Source of the DNA: Nitrospirota bacterium
Lineage (GTDB): Bacteria > Nitrospirota > UBA9217
Reading direction: 5' to 3'
Assembly: GCA_963737155.1 (NCBI GenBank)
Contig: CAVTRN010000002.1
Coordinates: 2,784,001 to 2,848,000, forward strand
Length of the DNA: 64,000 nucleotides
The position numbers and the translations under genes were made by a program. Below the pieces are notes generated by a model. That model worked only from the letters and a program-made list of their open reading frames with translations. It was not told the origin of the DNA and ran no database searches. Of the stretch, positions 9,900-20,170 are shown one piece after another; within the stretch, counting starts at the first letter, position 1, and each line of letters starts with the position of its first letter.

Positions 9900-10180
9900 T
9901 TTATCGATGCCTGAAGATCACGAGGTGCGGACGATATGGGAGTTGGCAGAACAACTGGATCTGAGCCGTTATTACGAGGACATTCACGCAGTAGAGGAAG
10001 TGGCCGACCGAGAAACGATATATCCGTGATTGCTTGTCAGTTCATGGATTAGCTCCTATTCGCAGGGAATCGGTTCGGTAATATCACCCCGCCTATCAAC
10101 GGCTGAACGGATGAAACCGGTCAATTATCACATGTTATCGAATTTTCGGGTAAACCGCAAGAATGCCTTGGAAAAATACT
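9900..10180 (+). pseudogene. IS1182-family transposase N-terminal relic
   Basis: PEDHEVRTIWELAEQLDLSRYYEDIHAVE...P*LLVSSWISSYSQGI...MKPVNYHMLSNFRV. Confidence 0.7.
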
Positions 10181-10434
10181 CATGTCCGTTTTCTTGTTTT
10201 CATGTTCCGCGCCTGAATGTAAGCATCATTTTGTCTTCAGTCACCCATTCTATGCTTTCTCTCTTTTCCAGCTCCAGCGCCTTTGCCAGGTTGCGGGACA
10301 AATCAAATAATACTGCCGGTTTTTATCGCCTCTTTGAATGACTTGTAGACTCGAGAAATAGCCCACGCTCACGCTTCAATCCGTTTTATTGAAGGGATAT
10401 CATATTACAAAATATTTAATTAATTCGCACCTTC

Positions 10435-10758
10435 TTACAGTTTAAGCACGAATTTAAAAAAACGATTCATGATCAGACCGGCGGCAGCACCCAGAAGCGC
10501 TCCAAACGCTGCAAGGAATCCCATGACGAGGACAAGAACCAGCATCACGGCGAAGGTATTCTGTCCACATGCCGGACCGAACATCCGGGTTACATCCTTT
10601 GCCGAGGCATCACGCCATGTGCCTTGTAGCGTGTCAGAGAAAAACATATCCATGGAGAAGGCTATCGCCAGTGTGACAACTGCGCCGATTCCCGCACCGA
10701 TGAGTACCGCTTTTTTCAATCCTTTATCGGACATGGTAATCTCACTATCCTTTCCCAA
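10435..10758 (-). CDS. small membrane protein
   Basis: Two hydrophobic helices; same strand as the upstream genes. Confidence 0.7.
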   Translation of the reverse strand: MGKDSEITMSDKGLKKAVLIGAGIGAVVTLAIAFSMDMFFSDTLQGTWRDASAKDVTRMFGPACGQNTFAVMLVLVLVMGFLAAFGALLGAAAGLIMNRFFKFVLKL

Positions 10759-10786
10759 TCTATCGCATGTCGGCAGTCATAAACCA

Positions 10787-11440
10787 CTACTTCAATATTT
10801 CTCCCGTCGCGCGAGACCACAGTAGAAGGTCCAGATGGTCCATATCGATGCCGATCTCCCCGGCGAACTGCCGAAGCTTCTTCTCAATGGCAAGATAACC
10901 CGTGCGGCCAGTAGGACGCATCTGCTTCGAAATCACACCCAGTTCACGGAGGCTATTCAGTATATGCTTATCCAGGATGGCATATCCCGGATACCCGATG
11001 TTCCGGAGAAAGTGGCTTGCCTCTTTATAGCCGAGCCCTTTGATCGATTTGTTCTGTGCCAGGAAGTCTCGTCTTGCGTCGGAAGAATCGAACGAGTCCA
11101 GCAAAACGCGAAGTTTCATCCCGCAGGCGTCCTTCAGGTATTCTCGTGTCTGAACGATATAGGAAGGCCGAAGGTGCCAGAATCGCACACGATGCGCCTG
11201 CGCGCGTTCCTGCAGTTCTCTCTCACTGCCGGTATGGAGAATATCTTTCAACGCTTCAACAGTACGCATCCCCATCTTCGCACTGCTGCCGGCCGTTAGG
11301 ATGCAATAGCAGAGTTCCTCGAAGATAATCCGGTCACCTTTGCTGGAAACAGCCTTGAATTCGGCGAGGCGCTTTACGATGCGCGGTTTTTTCCCCCGGT
11401 AGTCTCTTTTCAACTCACGGATGAATTCTTTTCCAGGCAT
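10787..11440 (-). CDS. ogg: 8-oxoguanine DNA glycosylase/AP lyase (thermophile/archaeal-type Ogg)
   Basis: FEELCYCILTA; IKGLGYKEASHFLRNIG; AILDKHIL; LDLLLW...TGEILK. Confidence 0.9.
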   Translation of the reverse strand: MPGKEFIRELKRDYRGKKPRIVKRLAEFKAVSSKGDRIIFEELCYCILTAGSSAKMGMRTVEALKDILHTGSERELQERAQAHRVRFWHLRPSYIVQTREYLKDACGMKLRVLLDSFDSSDARRDFLAQNKSIKGLGYKEASHFLRNIGYPGYAILDKHILNSLRELGVISKQMRPTGRTGYLAIEKKLRQFAGEIGIDMDHLDLLLWSRATGEILK

Positions 11441-11786
11441 TATAACCGCCCTTCAAATTATAAAGGTTCTTGTAGCCCATGCCCATTAGTCGTTTGATGG
11501 CCCAAATGCTCTGGTTCCCGTTCTGGCAGTAGACAACCAACTCCTTGTCCTTCTTCAGCTTTTTTACCTTATCACCGATTTCCGAAAGCTGCACATGCAC
11601 CGACCCGGGGATGTGCCCCTGCTCATACTCCTTGTCGGTCCGGACGTCGAGAATCACGATACCTCTTTTCTGGTCAAGCTTCTGTGCGGGAAGCTGTTTA
11701 ATCCCCACCCGGCTCAGGACACCGAAAATTCTATAGATGAGGTAGAGAGCAATGATAGAGAGCAGTATTGTTGATGCTGTGTCCAA
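11415..11786 (-). CDS. rhodanese-like protein with N-terminal membrane anchor
   Basis: ILDVRT..EYEQGHIPGS; VVYCQNGNQS; NLKGG. Confidence 0.88.
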   Translation of the reverse strand: MDTASTILLSIIALYLIYRIFGVLSRVGIKQLPAQKLDQKRGIVILDVRTDKEYEQGHIPGSVHVQLSEIGDKVKKLKKDKELVVYCQNGNQSIWAIKRLMGMGYKNLYNLKGGYNAWKRIHP

Positions 11787-11852
11787 ATAAAAACCTCCCC
11801 TGTTTTAGTTCAAAGATCAAAAGTCAGTGTCCAGCGCAAAAATAAATCCGGT

Positions 11853-14063
11853 TCAAGATTCAGAACTCTGAACTTTAAACTCTGCGCTCTGAACTCTTGA
11901 ACCTTGTGCAATCGGTAACTCGATGGTGAAACGGGCACCGTGCGGCATGTTCTGCTCCACGCGGATAGAACCGCTGTGGTCTTTTATGATCCTGAGTACA
12001 ATTGCAAGCCCCAGCCCGCTTTTTTTTCTCTTGCGCGAGAAGTCGGGCTGGAAGAGTTTCGGAACGTCTTCGGCCGAGATACCAGGCCCTTCGTCGGCCA
12101 CTTCTATTTGCGCCATGCCCGACGCGGTAACGTGCGCTGCGACCCATATCCGGCCTTTTCCGCGCATGGCTTCGACAGCATTTTCAAATAAATTGATGAA
12201 CACGCGCTTCATCTGCTCCTCGTCGAAAAGCACATCGGGCATGTCCGGCGCGATGTCGCGGAGGATGGAAATATCCTTGTGCGCCCCGCCATAGAGCTGG
12301 ACCACGCCTTCCAGAACCGGCGGCAACTGCAGGGGCACCGGGTTCGAGCTCGGCATGCGTGCGAAATTCGCGAACTCGTCGACGAGCTTTCGCAGTCCAT
12401 CCGCCTCATGAACGATCGTCCGGCTGCATTCGTCGAATACGGCATCAAAATCTGGCGCTCCATCCGCGTGTTTTTTCCGCAGCCGTTCTGCCGAAAGCTT
12501 GATCGGAGTCAATGGATTCTTGAACTCGTGGGCAATCCTCCGTGCCACGTCCTGCCAGGTTTCAGCTTTCTTCGCTCGCAGCAGCTCCGTCATGTCGTCG
12601 AAGGTGATAACCGACCCGGTCTGCGCGCCACCACCGTCCCGGAGCATCGTGATGCGCACTCTGAGTGTAAGCATCCGTCCGCGCACGCTGAGCGTCAATT
12701 CTTCCTCGGCTCGGCCATGCCCTTCTTCCAGCTTGCGGAAAAGTCCGCGGATTGGCTCCAGTTCTATAAATTCGAATGCCTCGTCGTAACGCTTGGTCAG
12801 TACATCTTCTTCCCGGATGCCGAGGATATCCGAAGCCGACTGATTGACCATCGTGATCCTTGCCGCACGGTCGATAGATACAACGCCCGTATCGATGTTC
12901 GACAGGATCGTTTTCTTAGAATTTACTTCCTGCTCAAGCTGCTCGCGGGAACTTTTAAGCTCCCGCGTCATTAAGTTAAACGAATCAATGAGAATGCCAA
13001 CCTCATCGCCGGACTTCTCATCAATCCTGTAATCAAATCTCCCCGCCGTGATAGCGGCTGTCCCTTCGGCCAGCTTCTTGATAGGCCCGGTGATGCCTGC
13101 TGCTACGCGGAGCGCGACCCAGATTGCGGCCAGAAGTAGTGCAAGCGTTACAGCAAGAAAACCAAGCCGATATGAAAGCTTGATAGGTTCCTTGCTTTTG
13201 AACGCCGACCGGTACTGCGCGTAGCCCTCACGAATGTCGGAGGCTTTCCGCGCCAAGTTCCAGGGTACATAATAGCTTACAGCAACAACGGCAGTCACCT
13301 GGCTCCCTTCCAGAGAATCATAGACGGGCACCACTGCCCTCAGGATATCTCCTTTACTTTCCGCGTTTGATACATCCGTAGCATTGTGTCCTGCGAAGGC
13401 ACCGGCCACAAGTCCGGCGGGAGTCTGCGTAAACGTTTTCGGGGGATAGTGATTGGTTACCACGGTTATGGCGCGCTTGTGCTGGTCTGTAAAAAGCTCC
13501 ACAGAACTCACACCGCATTCGGCAGCTTTTTTTATCAGGTATTCCTTGAGTTCCTGGTTCTCGAACCTAGACAGGAGCCTGGCTTCGGTCATCTGGCTGC
13601 TGATCTGCTTCCCGAACACCAAGGCGTCCTTCTGAAGCAGGTCGTAGTATTCCTGGGCTACGGAGACCGAATCCTTGAGCGAATTCTCAATGCGCAGGCT
13701 GAATAACCGCTCAATGCTGCTTGTGAACATGCCGCTTCCGATGAAAAACAGAAGGATGGGTGGAATGAATGACAAGCTGACAAAGGCAAAGACCAGTTTT
13801 GTCCTGAACCGAGCCCCCAGGACGCCGCGCTTTCGCTCCACCGAGAGTTTCCAGAGACTCTTGGCGATCATGAATATCACGGCCGCCAGGAGAAGGAAGT
13901 TCGCGTTGATGAGAAAAATGATCAGGAGGTTGTCGGAAAGGGGGCCTTCAAAACCCCGGTATTTGAGTTGAAGCACAATGACAAGCGCAGTAAGGGCCAG
14001 AAAAACAAATAAATAAATGACACCTCTCCAGCCGCTTTTACCCTTTTTTCTATCAATCACCAT
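11853..14063 (-). CDS. NtrY-like sensor histidine kinase (HAMP-PAS-HisKA-HATPase)
   Basis: WQDVARRIAHEFKNPLTPIKLSAERL; NLFENA; D.GPGI; GLGLAIV. Confidence 0.9.
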   Translation of the reverse strand: MVIDRKKGKSGWRGVIYLFVFLALTALVIVLQLKYRGFEGPLSDNLLIIFLINANFLLLAAVIFMIAKSLWKLSVERKRGVLGARFRTKLVFAFVSLSFIPPILLFFIGSGMFTSSIERLFSLRIENSLKDSVSVAQEYYDLLQKDALVFGKQISSQMTEARLLSRFENQELKEYLIKKAAECGVSSVELFTDQHKRAITVVTNHYPPKTFTQTPAGLVAGAFAGHNATDVSNAESKGDILRAVVPVYDSLEGSQVTAVVAVSYYVPWNLARKASDIREGYAQYRSAFKSKEPIKLSYRLGFLAVTLALLLAAIWVALRVAAGITGPIKKLAEGTAAITAGRFDYRIDEKSGDEVGILIDSFNLMTRELKSSREQLEQEVNSKKTILSNIDTGVVSIDRAARITMVNQSASDILGIREEDVLTKRYDEAFEFIELEPIRGLFRKLEEGHGRAEEELTLSVRGRMLTLRVRITMLRDGGGAQTGSVITFDDMTELLRAKKAETWQDVARRIAHEFKNPLTPIKLSAERLRKKHADGAPDFDAVFDECSRTIVHEADGLRKLVDEFANFARMPSSNPVPLQLPPVLEGVVQLYGGAHKDISILRDIAPDMPDVLFDEEQMKRVFINLFENAVEAMRGKGRIWVAAHVTASGMAQIEVADEGPGISAEDVPKLFQPDFSRKRKKSGLGLAIVLRIIKDHSGSIRVEQNMPHGARFTIELPIAQGSRVQSAEFKVQSSES

Positions 14064-14219
14064 TATATCGGCAGAATACCAAAATCATCAGCCAAAAGCA
14101 AGGTCTGGTTTGGCCGGGATTTCATTAATTGTCTTGACAAACAAGAGGTTTCTCGTATATCTTAAGAAAAATAGTTTGCATAAATGATTGTCTTAGCGAG
14201 GCACAATCAGGAGGCAGGA

Positions 14220-15473
14220 ATGACCACAAGGAAGAGCGCCCTTATTCAGGCAGCATGTATTTCATTACTGATCATGCTCATTCCGGTCACCGCCGTCCCT
14301 CAGGAACAGAATGAGCCATCTGCGCAGCAACCAGTGGCAGAACCGTCTCAGCCGCAATCCGGGCCGACGGGAACGACGAGCGGCACGGCTGAAGGTGCGA
14401 AGCAATTACTAGCCGCGCCACAAACGGAAGAACCGCAGACCACCACCCCCCTTGCGGAACACTCAAATTCTGCCGGCGAGGAAAATACCGAGTATGTCAT
14501 TAAACAGGGCGATACGCTCTGGGACATTTCGAATACCTATCTCAAGGATCCCTTCCTGTGGCCGTTTATTTGGCAAGCAAACCCCTTCGTTGTAAACCCG
14601 GACCTGATATACGCGGGACAAAAACTTACCATCCCGAGCCTTGCTACTCTCGAGCAGGCCATGCAGACACCTTCTCCGAAATCACAGATCGTGGAAAAGC
14701 AGGCACAAGCAAGGGAGGAGGCCAGTGTTTTGCAGCACAAACAGGTGCAACCTCCGGGAGAAGAGACTGGTGGAGGCAATATCCTAATCCTTCCAAAGGA
14801 ACAGCCCAAGCCGATCATTGACATGTATGCCATGCTGAGCGCCGGCTTCATAAATGATGTGGAAAGCTCCGGTGTCATCATCGGTGCTGCAGGAGAGCCC
14901 AAAAAAACCATCTTCGGATATGGCGATTCAGTTTATGTCAAGTTCGGTTCGGCTGGGGATGTCAATGTCGGAGATAAATTCCTCATTTATGCGCCACTGA
15001 GAAGAGTCGACCATCCCCGTACCGGGAAAACTTACGGACGGCTTATCGCCGGTGTTGGCATACTGCAGGTCACTGCGAAGGATCCGTCCTCTGCATTGGC
15101 CACGGCGAAGATCACGCTTTCCTTCGATACCATCGAAAAAGATAACCTGTTGACGCCTTACCATGAACCGGCGTTGATCTACCCCTCGTCGGTTAAAAAA
15201 ATAAAGGACATCTCTGGATACATTATTGCGGTGAGAAACAATCAAACTATCGCCGGTCAGATGGATTTCGTCTACCTCGACAAGGGAAGTTCAGATGGCG
15301 TTGATCCCGGGGACAATTTCGTCGTCTATGCTGATTCAGAAAACTCGAGTGAACCCCAGGTAAACATCGGTGAAGTACAGGTGATACTTGTAAAGGAGCA
15401 CTCTTCCACCGCCATTGTACGCAGGAGTACCGATGTCATGACCAGTGGCAATGCCGTTGATTTTAAAAAATAG
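14220..15473 (+). CDS. LysM peptidoglycan-binding protein
   Basis: Signal peptide; YVIKQGDTLWDIS..YLKDPFLWP.IWQANP...NPDLIY.GQKL.IP; RBS AGGAGG. Confidence 0.88.
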   Translation: MTTRKSALIQAACISLLIMLIPVTAVPQEQNEPSAQQPVAEPSQPQSGPTGTTSGTAEGAKQLLAAPQTEEPQTTTPLAEHSNSAGEENTEYVIKQGDTLWDISNTYLKDPFLWPFIWQANPFVVNPDLIYAGQKLTIPSLATLEQAMQTPSPKSQIVEKQAQAREEASVLQHKQVQPPGEETGGGNILILPKEQPKPIIDMYAMLSAGFINDVESSGVIIGAAGEPKKTIFGYGDSVYVKFGSAGDVNVGDKFLIYAPLRRVDHPRTGKTYGRLIAGVGILQVTAKDPSSALATAKITLSFDTIEKDNLLTPYHEPALIYPSSVKKIKDISGYIIAVRNNQTIAGQMDFVYLDKGSSDGVDPGDNFVVYADSENSSEPQVNIGEVQVILVKEHSSTAIVRRSTDVMTSGNAVDFKK

Positions 15474-15534
15474 TTTCGTCCATATTTCCCAGTCTCTTTC
15501 GGCCCGGACTTTTCGGAGCGTTCCTCAACTTTTT

Positions 15535-16074
15535 CTATTTCAGGAAGGCGAAGAATCCGTTGAAAAAGTATACCAAGCCGAAAACCCCGGACAGCATACC
15601 AAAATACCAAAAAAACTTCTTCTTCATCAGTGCCGCGATCGATGAGAGCAGGATAGCGATCTGGAGGAACATAGCGGCAAGACCGAAGGCGCGGGAATGC
15701 TTTTGAGCTTGGTCGCGGGCCATCTCGAGCGACTTGGCGACTTTCATGATCTCGGCCTTTTCGGATTCATATTTCGTTATCTTGTTGGCATAATCGTCTA
15801 TTTTCTGTTTATAGTCCGCGGCCAGCGAACGAGATACGGACCCTTTCAGGGCCTTGAGGTCCATCTCGAACCGTTCCTTCTGAACATCATAAACATATTC
15901 CTTGATGCTCTTAGCCTGGTAATACGTCCATTGATCCGAGGACTGGGACTGGGACATCATCGCTTTAGATCCGTAGCCACCGCCATTGAGCGTAGAGAGC
16001 GTGGCGCAGACTGCGAAAATAACAGTCGTGAGCGCAAGGAAATTGAGCCAAGGCTCTTTCTTTTCTTCCACCAT
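15535..16074 (-). CDS. DUF4337-like membrane protein
   Basis: SDQWTYYQAKSIK; LQIAILLSSIAAL. Confidence 0.75.
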   Translation of the reverse strand: MVEEKKEPWLNFLALTTVIFAVCATLSTLNGGGYGSKAMMSQSQSSDQWTYYQAKSIKEYVYDVQKERFEMDLKALKGSVSRSLAADYKQKIDDYANKITKYESEKAEIMKVAKSLEMARDQAQKHSRAFGLAAMFLQIAILLSSIAALMKKKFFWYFGMLSGVFGLVYFFNGFFAFLK

Positions 16075-16370
16075 GATAAAACCTCCAGGACGATAGGGTT
16101 GTATTATTAACTGCGCATAGTAACGAAATCACACTCCTTAGTCAATAGAAAGCAGATCCTTGCTCCTTCCGCTCCCATTCGCTCAATGCCCCCTGCAATA
16201 CCAAAAGATGCCCTTGCCGGACAAGCGTGCTTGAATAAATGATATAGAAAATGACGGGGGGCAAGTTAACCTATCCTGTAATGTAGCGAGCATAACGGTT
16301 CATTGCAATCTTATGGATTTCCTGCTACATTTTAAATGAACCTAATAAACGAAGAGGAAAGGACAACTAG

Positions 16371-17459
16371 ATGATTATCGGCATCCCCCGCGAAATCAAG
16401 GTCGAGGAGTTCCGTGTCGGAATAACGCCTTTCGGCGTGCAGGACCTTGTGCAGGAAGGCCACAGGCTCCTCATTGAAACTAATGCAGGAGCGGGCAGCG
16501 GCTTTGCAGACAGGGATTATTTAAAAGCCGGAGCGGAAATCGTTGACAATAATCAGGTATTCAGCCGGTCTGAACTCATCGTTAAGGTCAAGGAGCCAAT
16601 CCCGCTGGAATATGAGTTGATCAGGGAAGGGCAGGCGCTTTTCACATACCTTCACCTTGCCCCCAACCGCGAACTTACGGACGTATTGCTCAGAAAAAAA
16701 GTTACCGCTATTGGTTACGAAACGCTCACGAAGGACGGCAACCTTCCCCTTCTCGCCCCAATGAGCGAAATCGCCGGCAGAATGGCGCCGCTCATGGGCA
16801 TCCATTATCTTCAAAAATTTAAGGGCGGTTCGGGCATTCTCGCGACCGGCGCGAGCGGCGTCAAACCAGCCAAGATTGTGATACTGGGAGCCGGGGTAGT
16901 TGGTACGAACGCGGCCCGCGTCGCATCGAACCTCGGGATGGAAACCGTGGTCATGAACAAGGACATGGAGCGGCTTCAGAAAATCGATGAGATGTTCATG
17001 GGGCGGGTCATGACCCTTCCCGTCACGGTCCAGACCATAGCAGGGGAAATCAGGGACGCTGACATAATCATCGGAGCAGTTCTTGTTCCCGGCGGCAGGA
17101 CCCCCATTCTTATAACGCGTCAGATGCTCGGGACCTTGAAAAAGGGGTCGGTGATCGTGGATGTGGCAGTGGACCAGGGAGGTTGCATCGAAACATCCCG
17201 CCCCACCACGCACGACGACCCCGTGTACAAGGTCGACGATGTTATTCATTACTGCGTAGCGAACATGCCCGGCGCCTATCCGAGGACATCAACGCTGGCA
17301 CTCACGAACGCGACACTCCCCTATGTTAAAATCATCGCTGCTGACGGGATCAGGAAAGCGGTACAGACGGATTCGATCATACGGAGCGCGCTGAACACCT
17401 ATCAAGGTAAGATCGTAAACAAAGCTTTGTCGGAATCGATGGGGTTTACGAAGAATTAA
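16371..17459 (+). CDS. ald: alanine dehydrogenase
   Basis: IGIPREIK..EFRVG; LFTYLHLA; PMSEIAGR; VDVAVDQGGC; HYCVANMPGA. Confidence 0.96.
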   Translation: MIIGIPREIKVEEFRVGITPFGVQDLVQEGHRLLIETNAGAGSGFADRDYLKAGAEIVDNNQVFSRSELIVKVKEPIPLEYELIREGQALFTYLHLAPNRELTDVLLRKKVTAIGYETLTKDGNLPLLAPMSEIAGRMAPLMGIHYLQKFKGGSGILATGASGVKPAKIVILGAGVVGTNAARVASNLGMETVVMNKDMERLQKIDEMFMGRVMTLPVTVQTIAGEIRDADIIIGAVLVPGGRTPILITRQMLGTLKKGSVIVDVAVDQGGCIETSRPTTHDDPVYKVDDVIHYCVANMPGAYPRTSTLALTNATLPYVKIIAADGIRKAVQTDSIIRSALNTYQGKIVNKALSESMGFTKN

Positions 17460-17531
17460 CACGGCCTCGCCACACGAGAGCAGGTACTCCTGATCAAATT
17501 CGAAAACAAGTTTTCTTGTCAGCCTTCTGCA

Positions 17532-18383
17532 TTACTGAGCGGAGAACGCCTTTTCAATATCGGGCATGGCCTTAACCAGTTTGTCACCCACCACTTGTAA
17601 ATCCCCGTCGGATATTGAGTATTTCCTCAGCAGCGCTTCGAATTTATCGGACCACATGCTATCACCTTCCTTCCGGCTAACGTACCTCCCTGCAAGCGCA
17701 TCGGCAAGCGCAACTACGGCCGTTATTTCCTTTTGCTCCGTTGCAAGCTCCGGGTGATGGTGGAATTTGATGATCATCGAAAGGTCCTTGGGCATACCAA
17801 GTTCCTCAATGAGCCAAGCCCCAGCGTCCGCGTGGGTGCAGCCGAAAAGCGTCAGTTCCCACTCAAGCAAATCGGTTCCCGGAGCGATGGAGATGAATTT
17901 TTTCTGGTCTATATTGCAGAAAATGACCCGGCCAATGTCGTGCAGAAGACCGGCGAGAAAACACTCTCCCGGAATGGTCATAGGGATAAGATCGGTGAGC
18001 ACCGAGGCGAGGAACCCTACTTCATAACCGTGTATCCAGAGATTCTCAACAGTAAAAAAGCCTTTTGTAGGCATGACGTTCATAATCGTCATGCCGATGG
18101 CGATAAACTTGATTCGGTCGAAGCCGAGAAACATGATGGCCTGTTCAATGTCCTTGATCTGTCCTGAGCGGGCGAAGGCAGCGGAGTTCGCCATGCGCAG
18201 GACACGCTGGGCAAGCGCTTGGTCAAAAGTGATAAGCTTGTGGAGGTCACCGGTGGATGCGTTTTCATCCTTCACGGTATTGAGGATCTTGCCCAGGAGC
18301 ACGGGAATCGTGGACAGGTCTTGAATCCCCCTGATATACTGCTTAACGTCACTTTCTGTAATTGGTTGCCTCAAAGCAGACAT
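17532..18383 (-). CDS. HDOD domain protein
   Basis: DQALAQRVLRMANSA; AGLLHDIG; HADAGAWL. Confidence 0.9.
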   Translation of the reverse strand: MSALRQPITESDVKQYIRGIQDLSTIPVLLGKILNTVKDENASTGDLHKLITFDQALAQRVLRMANSAAFARSGQIKDIEQAIMFLGFDRIKFIAIGMTIMNVMPTKGFFTVENLWIHGYEVGFLASVLTDLIPMTIPGECFLAGLLHDIGRVIFCNIDQKKFISIAPGTDLLEWELTLFGCTHADAGAWLIEELGMPKDLSMIIKFHHHPELATEQKEITAVVALADALAGRYVSRKEGDSMWSDKFEALLRKYSISDGDLQVVGDKLVKAMPDIEKAFSAQ

Positions 18384-18455
18384 AGTTCTCACCTAGCTTC
18401 AATTTTAAAATCTTTTTTCTCTTATCGGCAACAGACATTATAACTTTAACGAGCG

Positions 18456-18626
18456 TTGACATCCTCCCCACCAGAAGGCCGAGGATTCCCGAATAAGTCT
18501 GTGTAACTGCTGAGAGGCACTGCAGGTTCGGTTCGCAGATGCGGCGGCAGGATGTTTGCCGCGTCCCCGGCTTATGGGCTGATGTAGCTGGGCTAGTATT
18601 TCTCCAGATAAACCGGTTAACCGCAG
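18456..18626 (-). mobile_element. orphan IS200/IS605 right end / omegaRNA scaffold (no tnpB)
   Basis: Minus strand ends GGAATCCTCGGCCTTCTGGTGGGGAGGATGTCAA; alignable by eye to 35575-35745. Confidence 0.7.
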
Positions 18627-18697
18627 GCAACGAAAACGAACATGAATAATAACCTTGAATAAACTACGAAAGATCAGCGAAAGGGCAAGCGTGAAGA

Positions 18698-19090
18698 ATC
18701 GGATAGGATGCGAGGTAGCCCCCCATCGTCCGTACACAGCACCGTACGGTCGTGTGTACAGTTAGACATGTTAGGCATCTCAAGTTCCCATTGAAGGACT
18801 TGCAGATTTGTGTTTTCCATTATCGCCGTAAACATTTTTCGTTCTCGCCATGTTCTCTTGCAGGCCCCACCAGCTACTTTCCTGAAGTCATCCGGCATTT
18901 TAGCCGTCCTGTGTGTGCGTTTCCTTCATTCAGCGAGACCTCGTTTCTATTCGTCAGGCCAGGATTTACTGACAGTTTCTTCATACTCTGAGCCACCCCT
19001 GACACCTTTGATGTTCGGATAATGGTTCCTGCCGATAAGGACATAAAGATCTTGCACCTCCGAGTCACCAATCACCATGGCTGACCAGCC
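18698..19090 (-). ncRNA. degenerate ORF-less group II intron relic (class C-like); 5' end approximate
   Basis: Domain I-like GGAACCATTATCCGAAC..AAGGTGTC..TGAAGAAAC..AAATCCTGGCCTGACGAATAGAAA; DV-like CCGTACGGTG; 3' end TCCTATCCGAT; lies just downstream of a terminator. Confidence 0.55.
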
Positions 19091-19125
19091 AATACTAAAA
19101 GGACGGAACGTCAAGCCTGACAAAC

Positions 19126-19163
19126 CAAAATAAAACCGCTGTCTACAGAGAAGAGACAGCGGT
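19126..19163 (-). terminator. intrinsic terminator of the HesB-like gene
   Basis: ACCGCTGTCT...AGACAGCGGT stem followed by a T-rich tract on the minus strand. Confidence 0.7.
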
Positions 19164-19186
19164 CGAGAAAGCCAGCCTATGATAAT

Positions 19187-19489
19187 TCAACAGCTGCAAG
19201 AGGGACTGCAGGAACTCGGCTGCATGCCCGTAAGCACAAATCCCTGGTTTTCCTGAAAGTCAATGGTGGTATTCGTAAGCATACCCGTTGCGCGCTCCTC
19301 CAAGAAAATCCTAAGCCCCTGCATATCCAAGGTCGTATCACCGGTCTGGGGCGCTTTGGCTATGTCCATAGCCAGAGAAGGGCTTCAACCGCCTGGAACG
19401 ACAAATATCCTTACTCCGTCTCCGGCTGTGCCCTGCTTAGAAACGATTTCCTTGAATTTCCCAACCGCGTTATTTGATATATTTACCAT
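19187..19489 (-). CDS. IscA/HesB-like selenoprotein, 100 aa (Sec at codon 35, TGA 19385-19387)
   Basis: RBS GAGGAGG; MVNISNNAVGKFKE...VRIFVVPGG-U-SPSLAMDI...IDF...CSPSCSC; in frame across the TGA. Confidence 0.88.
19358..19373 (-). promoter_or_regulatory. bacterial SECIS-like hairpin
   Basis: GGCTAT-GGAC-ATAGCC stem-loop beginning 11 nt after the UGA. Confidence 0.75.
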
Positions 19490-19702
19490 GCTTCCTCCTC
19501 GCTGTATGTCGATGTAACACACCCTGATAGTTCAGAGCTCATTTAATTCATATATATATTACCAGTCTGATTCTCCCTGCGCAACTGCTTTCTCATCGTA
19601 AAACAGCGTTTGATTGTAGCGGAATATCCAGCCAGAGATCAATTTAAGAATACAGATATCTGAAAAAAAGATAATGAAAAAGCAGGTCTCACTCATTGAG
19701 AA

Positions 19703-20170
19703 TTAACTTTTTGTCTGTTTCAGTGTCTCGATAAACTCTTCTATCCTTGCCCTGATTTCGTCCCTTGCCCTCCTAAAATCCTTCATAACCTCTTCCGCGG
19801 TGCCGATAGCGGTGATAGGGTCTTTGATTGGCCAGTGAATGTGTTGTATACTTGAAGGGGTCAGCGGGCATGGCTCATCCCCATAGCCGCAGAGCGTCAC
19901 AATAATATCCATGGTCATAAGAATTTTTTCATCGATTCTTTTAGATTTTTGCTTCGAAATATCAATATCAATTTCCTTCAACACGGAAACGGCCCGTGGA
20001 TGTACTCCCGCAGCAAGAAGACCCGCGCTGAAGGGCTCGATTAATCCCTTGCCGAACTCTCGCGCAAGTCCCTCAGCCATCTGGCTCCGGCATGCATTAC
20101 CGATACACAGGAACATCACTTTTAGGGGAGATGACTTTATCATACTTATTATATCATGCTCATGGATCAC
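19703..20170 (-). CDS. arsC: arsenate reductase (LMW-PTP/thioredoxin type)
   Basis: FLCIGNACRSQMAEG; HWPIKDP; FRRARDEI. Confidence 0.85.
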   Translation of the reverse strand: MIHEHDIISMIKSSPLKVMFLCIGNACRSQMAEGLAREFGKGLIEPFSAGLLAAGVHPRAVSVLKEIDIDISKQKSKRIDEKILMTMDIIVTLCGYGDEPCPLTPSSIQHIHWPIKDPITAIGTAEEVMKDFRRARDEIRARIEEFIETLKQTKS

